Shown here piece by piece: positions 55,232 through 64,000 of a DNA stretch of 64,000 bases (position 1 is the first letter of the stretch; the number at the start of each line of letters is the position of its first letter). The position numbers and the translations under genes were made by a program. Where the stretch lies: the NCBI GenBank assembly GCA_951406725.2, contig OX597815.1, positions 111,600,001 through 111,664,000 on the forward strand, written 5' to 3'. Below the pieces are notes generated by a model. That model worked only from the letters and a program-made list of their open reading frames with translations, did no database searches and had not been told where the DNA came from. The DNA comes from Octopus vulgaris. Taxonomy: Eukaryota.

Positions 55232-57144
55232 ATTTTTCGATCTAAAAATATCAATATTTTAAAATATAATTTAAAATAATAAAATAATAAAATTATCAAT
55301 GAAAGAATATAAAAATAAAAATATATAATCCATATATAATCTATATATAATCTATATATAATCAATATATAATCTAAAATAATCTAAAATAAACCCTATA
55401 AACAATTGAATATAAAAACCTATTATAAAAGTTCTCATATTTAAAAATGTACAAAAACCAAAAAACAACAAGCAAAAAACAAAAACCCAAAAACAAAAAA
55501 AACAAAAAAACAAAAAATAAACTATATATACACACACATGCTCATACACTCAACACATTACTTATTCATACTTCCTCACACACACATACAACACTCATTC
55601 ATAAACAATATACATATACACGCTCACACATACATATACATACACATACATACAGAACACGATATATACCAATAAATAAACACCCACACCCATACAGATA
55701 AATAAATTACGCAAACAATCACACACACACACACACATTCACACATACATAAACACTCAAAAGAAAACCGAACAATTCTTTGCACGTGGATATCAAACGT
55801 TTTAAAAAAATTTATGAATGGAAATGAAATCCATACATACAAGTATAAATATAACTATACAACCCCTAACACAATACACACAAATACACACACATATATA
55901 CACACACCCACAAACATAACCATATACACACTCACACATACATATACATACGTACAAATCTCGATACAAACAAACTTTAATAAAACGACCATGATAAACG
56001 AAAACTCATATATATATTAATATATATATAAAAGAGTGTGTACACGCAGACGGGTGCAATCACACGCACATTCAAAACTTACATGTATACAAGTGCATAA
56101 ATAATCACACCCAATTACATAGCACTCATACACTCACACATCTACACTTACACATGTACACTCGCACACATACATACACACCCATACCTACATACAAAAA
56201 TTCTTATTAAAATAATCATGATAAATAAAATCCATACATACAAGTATAAATATAAAGATACAACCCCCTTACACAATACACACACATATATACACACACC
56301 CACAAACATAAACATATACACACTCACACATACAAATACATACGTACAAAACTCGATACAAGCAAATACGCACACGCACACACATTCACACATACATAAA
56401 CATACAAAAGAAAAACAACATTTCTACACATAATACGATATATAAAATACTCCATAAGTAATCAGATTATCATAAGTAACAAGATTAACATAAAGAGAAA
56501 AATAGACATACCTTCTAATCAGTATCAAATTTTGAAGTGAATTTAAACTCTATCCGTTATTACAATAAACAAAAATTACGTTACCATGGAACCGAACATA
56601 TAAAAATTATTTGCGCTACGTAAAACAGCGTCATTAAAATTATGAATGGAATATAAAAATTCTTTGCGCGTAGTAAACAAATAATGGGTGTGGGTGTTTA
56701 TTTATTGGTATATATCGTGTTCTGTATGTATGTGTATGTATATGTATGTGTGAGCGGGTATATGTATATTGTTTATGAATGAGTGTTGTATGTGTGTGTG
56801 AGGAAGTATGAATACGTAATGTGTTGAGTGTATGAGCATGTGTGTGTATATATAGTTTATTTTTTGTTTTTTGTTTTTTTGTTTTTTGGTTTTTGTTTTT
56901 TGCTTGTTGTTTTTTGTTTTTTGTACATTTTTAAATATGAGAACTTTTATAATAGGTTTTTATATTCAATTGTTTATAGGGTTTATTTTAGATTATTTTA
57001 GATTATATATTGATTATATATAGATTATATATAGATTATATATAGATTATATATTTTTATTTTTATATTCTTTCATTGATAATTTTATTATTTTAAATTA
57101 TTTTAAATTATATTTTAAAATATTGATATTTTTAGATCGAAAAT

Positions 57145-57188
57145 CCACCTGAAGATTGTCGGTAGCAGACATGAAACAATTGTAGTGG
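57145..57188 (+). ncRNA. Minimal type I hammerhead
   Basis: ccac CTGAAGA t tgtc-ggtagca-gaca t GAAA caattg TA gtgg; palindromic stem III ACAATTGT. Confidence 0.85.
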
Positions 57189-59104
57189 CGGTTTATTTAA
57201 TTTATATTAAAATTGTATGTATTGATTAAGTCTTTCCTTGTTTGGTTTTAAAATAGTGGTTTTGTCTCGAATTATATTATATAATATTTTACTATAAAAT
57301 TGGATTTAACCCTAAATCTGATTTTTCCCTGTAATTTTGGATTCATTCCCTAATATTTATTATTATATATATATATATTGAGAGTGAGAGAGAGAATTGT
57401 TTGTATATGTTAGAATGTGAACTCTTTGGTATCAATAAACATATTGTCGAGGCTTAACTGGTTTTATTTTTCGCTTTTCATTCAGTATTTGTACTTGTGT
57501 TTCTTGAAGAAGAATGCAACAGTGTTCAAACCTGGATATGGATGTGCCTCACACAAGTTCTGTTCTTGTCATACTTTCTTTTTGTGCGTGATGTATTTTT
57601 TGTGGAATGAGTTAGTGTCATATGTCTCTCATATATATTTGTGTTTCGTAATCACTTGCATCTTATTCCTATGTACAATAACCATTCTATTATTATCCTT
57701 TATCAGGAAGTGTTGTGCCTAATAATCATACCACTCTTCTTTCTTAGTTGTTATAGACAACCTACTAATAATAATTTGCAGAACTATATGTGGATCTCGA
57801 TTTTATTTCTCAGGAATATATTAACCGTCATTTCTTAATTATTCAATATTTACATCAAAACTAAAAAAAAACAAAACAAAAAAAACAAATGCACAATATT
57901 TGAAAGAGCTGCATTGCATCACAGCTTCACTTTACTGTCTTACACTTTCGTAGTTTCCTTATTCTTATTTTTATCATATCTAAATACGTTATCCAAGAAT
58001 GTTTATAGCATTATGCATCTATTAATTGCATTATTTTAATTAGTACTGTACTAATATTATTATTTTCTGAATTGAAATGCTGCACTGAAATCCAGAGAAA
58101 ATATATTGAAAAATCTAATTAGAAATTGTACTAAGGGACTATTTCTTTATCCTTTATGCTGAATATTTTCTAATCAATAAAGAGAATCTAGTTTACATCT
58201 TTATAACTTGGCTTAATAGTATTCCCATAAAACGATGGTATTAGTACTGTGCTGTATTTATCATGTAAGTAACAGAGAAGAAAGGGTGGAGAGTTAGTAC
58301 ACCCCTCCCGATGCTTCTTCATCGTATATTATTAACATAGCTTTATTTTGTTTTCACGTATTTTCATGTATTTGTACAAAGATATTTTCAGTTACACTTT
58401 TTATCGTATTTTAGGTATTCATTTATTGAGCGTCATATCGTGTATTCTTTCACCTGATAAGGGACTCTTGTCACTGCGAAATGTCTATGTAGTGTCCTAT
58501 TATCCTTGATATAGTTTTGTTTATTTTTAGCTAAATATCCGGACATCTATATCGTTTTACTCCGTTCTTTTGTGGAATATATAGCTATTGTTTAAATGTA
58601 GCTGCATGCTATTTCACTCTGCATGCTAATTCACTCTGCGTCAATCATTATCATCTACATTTTATGAGAAGTTTGTTAAATTGTTTCTGTCATTTCAGGA
58701 AAAGTTGACTGCTCTACAGTGTAAGAAATACTTCTTAAAATACTCATGTCCAATAGCTAAACATTATGTATTATTATACTGATATAATGCTGTATGATGC
58801 GTAAAGGACATATTGGAGTTGTTAATAAAAAACAAAAAGTTAAAATTCAGCTCCGATAGGCATATGGTGCGAGGTCTGAATACAGCTAAATCCTTCTAGA
58901 AGATTATCATAGAGGTTTAAAGTCTAGTTTAATCGGAGTCGATCTCTAATTCACATGGAACCGAGAATTCTTTAGATGGATCGGCAAGTTTCGGCTCCTT
59001 CCGTAGCACCATCAGTATATATATGATGATTTTTATATCTATACATACATACACACACACACACATACACACACACATACATATATTTATATATATATGT
59101 GTGC

Positions 59105-59458
59105 ACCATATATGATGATGGCAATCCACTCGTGACCATTGCTGACCTTCAGGAACATTTTGCGCTCTAGGACTAACGTATATATTTCGCATTTGCGGCT
59201 CCTTTGGTGGCTACCGAACCCTGCTCTTGACAAGCATACAAGACTGGAAACATGGCAAACCAATCTTTCCCCATTTACTATACGAGCAGTGTGATTTCGA
59301 GCAGCGCGCTTAAGTTCTTCATGCAGAATACGTGCTCTCTCAGATGTGTCGACCCTCTCCTTAATTTGCTTTCTCCGTGTGTGGCGATGACAGTGATTGC
59401 GCTCCCAGTTATTCTCATGCATATGACAGTTCTTTAAGGATTGTGTCAAGTGCTGCAC
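59105..59458 (-). pseudogene. 3' end of an RTE-clade LINE
   Basis: SLKNCHM..NNWE...LKRAAR...LVCHVSSLVCLSRAGFGSHQRS, a degenerate C-terminal C2H2-like motif of RTE elements. Confidence 0.72.
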
Positions 59459-59462
59459 TATA

Positions 59463-59528
<66 letters not shown>

Positions 59529-60279
59529 TACTAAATGTCTATACATACAGTAGTATAGCGTAAGAGAAACGTAGATTACTGGTTTGTCATAAGGGATACT
59601 TCTAGTTAAAACAGTGAGACGATGTAAATTATTTCATGAATAGCGTATTAATGAATAACGTCGGCAATAATGCTGGAACAATTACAATTTTAAATATATG
59701 AAGACAATATAATTTCAGCAATCAAATCTAAAATTTGCATTTGTTCATCGGCTGTAAATACTATAATATTAATTGAGGTATAACAAAAAATGCAGATTAC
59801 TCAACAATTAAACCGTAATCAGTGTAAAAACAACATAACAACGAACAGCAGGGATTTCATCTATTCAATTACTCTTAAAGTCAACAAACCGCTTTTCAAA
59901 ATTATTCCATAGTTGAAGATTCAATATCTCCCATTATTTTCTCTACTTATTTTCACTGTATCAATTTATGTTTCACTCTATGTGTGTGTCTGTGAGTGTA
60001 TGTGTGCGTGTGCGTATGTAACTGTGTGTGTTGTTGTTGTTGTTATTTGCTTTATATGTATATTATCAGATCATATGGAATGTTGAACACGTTAATTGAG
60101 TTTTACTAATTCGTTTTGGATGAATTGCTTGACATGGAGACTAAATTAAGAAATACGCTCACAGTTATTCTGTAACATATGAAAGTCATGCAAACGCATA
60201 TATATATGTATGTTTATATACACATATATATATTTATACACGCACGCACACACACGCACCCAAACACACATAAACTCGC

Positions 60280-61550
60280 ACAGAATGCGATGGGTAAATT
60301 GTCGCCATTATATATTTTTAATTACGCGCATGCACATGGTTGTTTTTGATTTTGTCGATTACACAGTATATAGCGTCAGTTGGGCACCATCTATGAGAAA
60401 AACAGCGCCATGACACAATTCACTCTGCCAGAAATTTGGAAACGACATGTTGTACTACTTGGCATTCATGCCAGAGACACCAACACGAACATTTCAGATT
60501 GTTTGGGTGTTAATCTGAGGACAGTGCAGAGGATTCAGAAAGAGTTGGATGAGTCTAAAGGTAATTACAAACATACAGGAGCTCGGAAATCTCACTCTGA
60601 TCATTCTGGTAAGAAAAGAACTCCGGAATTTGTTGGTGAGATCCAGCCCGAGATTGGCTACAATCCCTCCAAGTCAATCAGGTTCATCGCCAGGGATATG
60701 GGACTGTCTGAGTTCCTTATAAAGCAGGTAGAACATGAAGACTTTCGGTATTCCGCATGCGAGATGAAAAGGGGCTAAGCAGGAGAACACAGTCACGGCT
60801 GTCAGACAATTCCTGCGACCACATTACTACTAACATCTGGCCAACTAGCTCCCCTGACTCCCGCCCCTTGATTATTATATGTGGGGCGCCGTTTAGCGTT
60901 GGATAACGCTTTTTCAACTTAGCGAAAGAGGCAAGTTGTTCTTCACTCAGTGCAATGTTTTTATTTTTGCTTGTTTGCTGTGACAGTAAATCTGTGAGCC
61001 GTTGCCTGTCTCTGCACAGTGGGCTAAAAAAGGGTGCGGTAGAAATTTACCAAGCCAAGAAATTCCCGTAATTTGCGGAGAAATGTGGCGAGAGACCAAT
61101 AAAAATCGTTGGGACACCCAAAATGAAATGAAAGCATTCACCAACTTAGACAAGGAGACTATCAAGAAGTGTTGCAGGAGATTCCAAAGTTGTCGGGGGA
61201 CCGTAGTTGAATCCAATGGCGATTTCATTTAATAAATTTACTGTTTAGAATTTCAAGATATTTTAATATAATTTTGGTAAATATATGTATGTGTGTGTTT
61301 GTGTGTCTGTGCTTGCCCCCACCCCGATCGTCGCTTGACAATCGATGGTGGTGTGTCTACGTCCCCGTAATCTAGCGGTTCGGCAAAAGTTCCGATAGAA
61401 TAAGTACTACGCTTACAAAGAATAAGTCCTGTGGTAGATTTGTTCGACTAAAGGCGGTGCTTCATCATGGCTGCAGTCAAATGACTGAAACAAATTAGTG
61501 TTAGTGTTATTTTCATTTTTGCTAATTTAGACGACAATTCATTTACCGCT
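60280..61550 (+). mobile_element. Internally deleted Tc1/mariner-superfamily DNA transposon (maT-like)
   Basis: HTH region 60380..60778 (RTVQRIQK...NPSKSIRFIARDMGLSE); WPTSSPDSRPLDYYMWG near 60835-60890; C-terminus KCCRRFQSCRGTVVESNGDFI; weak TIR-like ends. Confidence 0.8.
61290..61495 (+). mobile_element. SINE family C, 3' half, nested in the transposon relic
   Basis: cgcttgacaatcgatggtggtgtg...tagcggttcggcaaaag...gcagtcaaatgactgaaaca. Confidence 0.8.
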
Positions 61551-61562
61551 CTCTCTCTCTCA

Positions 61563-61625
<63 letters not shown>

Positions 61626-61979
61626 TAGATAGATAGATAGATATAGATAAGTGTGCGTGTGTGTTATTGCGTAAAAGCGACAAAAGATGCGCGAAAAAAT
61701 ATCCGTGACGAATATCCATCATTGTAGACAGTAAACATCACAGGATGAAAATAAATGAATTATAGTAGATCTTTACATTCTTATGTTTGAGAAACTGTCT
61801 GGGACTTATTAGAAACTTAAATCAACGTAAGCTTCATACGTAGACTGGAAATTTTAGCAGGGAGTTTTCTGAGTGAAAGGTGAAGTGGGAAGCAGTTGAA
61901 AAGAGAATCTACCATAAAGAGAGATGACAGAAAAAGATGAGGTGAGAGTAGAGCTGAAACATATAAATGCGATTACTGA

Positions 61980-62560
61980 ACTAAGAAATGATGTAGCATT
62001 TATAGAAACAGGCTGCTGACATTGTTCCTAATTTGATTATGAACCGTTGTTCGTTCTGTGTTCTTGATGATATGGTCACATTATACGTACAGATCGCTAT
62101 GGTTATAAGTCGGTGATAGAATGTCCTGTGCTGAAATGAGTGATCAGAGGCTGGACAGATATATAGTATTGTGATATGATTATACTTCCAAATCTGATTG
62201 GGGATATGCCGACCTTTTATCTCGATGTATATATCCTCGCAATACTTCCAACTTGTCCAATTTATGAGGTTAGGATACGTACAAGAAATTTTCACTGTTA
62301 TGTCAGACAGACATAGGGCGGTTGATGTTTGCGGTGTTGATAATATCCCGGCAAATGTTGGATCGTTGGCGATTGCTATATTGCATCTGGTGGGCGGAAC
62401 GGAGCCTCAATTTACGTGTTTGCTGTGGGTAAAAATAAGATCGGTTGAATAAGAAAGCAGTATTCAGAAAGTATGAATCTTTAAGTGTTTCACAAAAAGG
62501 ATATGCGGGTGAATTATGAGAGAGGGTGTTATTTGGTCTGTAGGTGTGCGGAAAAGCATG
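61980..62560 (-). pseudogene. Highly degenerate Penelope GIY-YIG tail
   Basis: ORF 61981..62295 has SCTYPNLI..C..IYIEIKGR...RTQNEQRFIIKLGT; weak match. Confidence 0.45.
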
Positions 62561-62868
62561 TTGTGAGTGGTACCGCTGAAGATGGCTGCGATCCAGCAGA
62601 GTCTAAAATCTAAAACTGTGTGATTCAAATCTCAATTCAAAAAGAAATATCGCTTCCTCACGTATTGGGATTTGAAATCCGAATGAATGTGCGCACATAC
62701 ACACATATATATATATAGGAACTCATACAGACACATTCACGTATATACAAACATACATATCTGCGTGAATACATACAAACACACACTCACACGTATGTAT
62801 ATATATATACATATCTAACTATCTATATATACGTGCGTGAGTGTATATGTGTGTATACATATAAATAT

Positions 62869-62918
<50 letters not shown>

Positions 62919-62977
62919 ATATACATATAAATACACACGCAGACACACACACACATATACATACATACATACATACA

Positions 62978-63011
<34 letters not shown>

Positions 63012-63045
63012 CATACATACATACATACATACATACATACATACA

Positions 63046-63255
63046 GATCGCCATGTTGATTCGCTAGCTTCTGCACGCATTTTTTTCTTCCTTGTTTCTC
63101 TCCGTGTTTCTTTTCTGTGTATCTTTCTGTTGAAGAGCGTACTCTCGAAACGTAAAAGACTTGTTTTATTTATATTCCTGAGCGCCATACTAATACAATT
63201 GTTTGTTTGTATTCCACCTGCCTTCGTCTTTTGTTTATTTTCATAAAGCTTCCCG

Positions 63256-63258
<3 letters not shown>
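63046..63258 (+). mobile_element. Family H1 copy 5; HHR at 63122-63159, inserted in (TACA)n
   Basis: tcttt CTGTTGA a gag-cgtact-ctc GAAA cg TA aaaga. Confidence 0.8.
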
Positions 63259-63286
<28 letters not shown>

Positions 63287-63320
63287 CATACATACATACA
63301 TACATACATACATACATACA

Positions 63321-63354
<34 letters not shown>

Positions 63355-64000
63355 CATACATACATATATCGGTTGCAGCCTATGGATGTGACTTGGCAGA
63401 TCAGTTGTAAAGAAAATTTGTGTTGGGGCTATAAATTCTCGAAATTCTGACTATGCTGAACTTTCAACAACCTACCTATTTTTGTGCCACAATAAAATAT
63501 TCCTTCCACACTACTTGCAGTTTCTGAGTGACCTCACAGAGAATCAAAGTTTGTTTTGATTATGAAATATTGATTGCTAGCGAGTATTTCACATAACGCC
63601 CATAGATATAGTACTACTTATTTAATTGCAGACAAATTCGATGTAGACTTTGAATTTTTTTTTTATTTTATCTCTACCTTGCTTTCTTTCATTCGTTTTT
63701 TTTTTCGCTTTCAACAGATTTAAATATATATTTCACTCACACAAATTCAAACTGAAAGTAAATGTCTTGTTGCTAATGCTTCCTTATATTTAAGATCCAT
63801 CATCATATTTGTTTTCGCCAACTTGAAAAATGTGCGAACTCCGCAAACTACTTATCCATCATCTCTGGTTTTAAACTACGTACGTGCAATGATTCATTCA
63901 TTCATCTATACATTTACCATGAGCCAAAATATTGTAAATTTCTCATTGAAATTTCCAAAAGTATTTGTTCAATGGTGTCTGCTGCAGTTTGTTAAAAAAA

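Larger units (their letters stand above)
55094..57283. repeat. ~600-bp inverted repeat (55094-55693 and 56684-57283) with ~990-bp CA-rich spacer
   Basis: Arms are near-identical reverse complements; each contains a hammerhead. Confidence 0.92.

Overview
AT-rich, microsatellite-dense eukaryotic DNA with no recognisable host exon. The SINE families and repeat landscape resemble those of Octopus (inference from recall, not from a search). Nearly all long ORFs are transposon-derived: R4/Dong-type REL-endonuclease LINEs sitting in (TAA)n tracts, Tx1/L1-group elements, two Neptune-type Penelope elements, RTE and CR1/L2-type 3' fragments, Tc1/mariner relics and tRNA-derived SINEs. Most other ORFs in the track are translated microsatellites. 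The main unexplained signal is a high density of type I hammerhead-ribozyme (HHR) motifs from several unrelated repeat families, some with non-canonical cores (U3-A8, A6U, U4C, long loop II) and several in inverted repeats. The best candidate system is at 45.7-51.2 kb: a near full-length Tx1 retrotransposon with an 18-bp target-site duplication inserted into a tandem HHR-bearing unit. Removing the insert restores a 352-nt, strongly self-complementary, retrozyme-like monomer. Coordinates were read by eye, so element boundaries are approximate.
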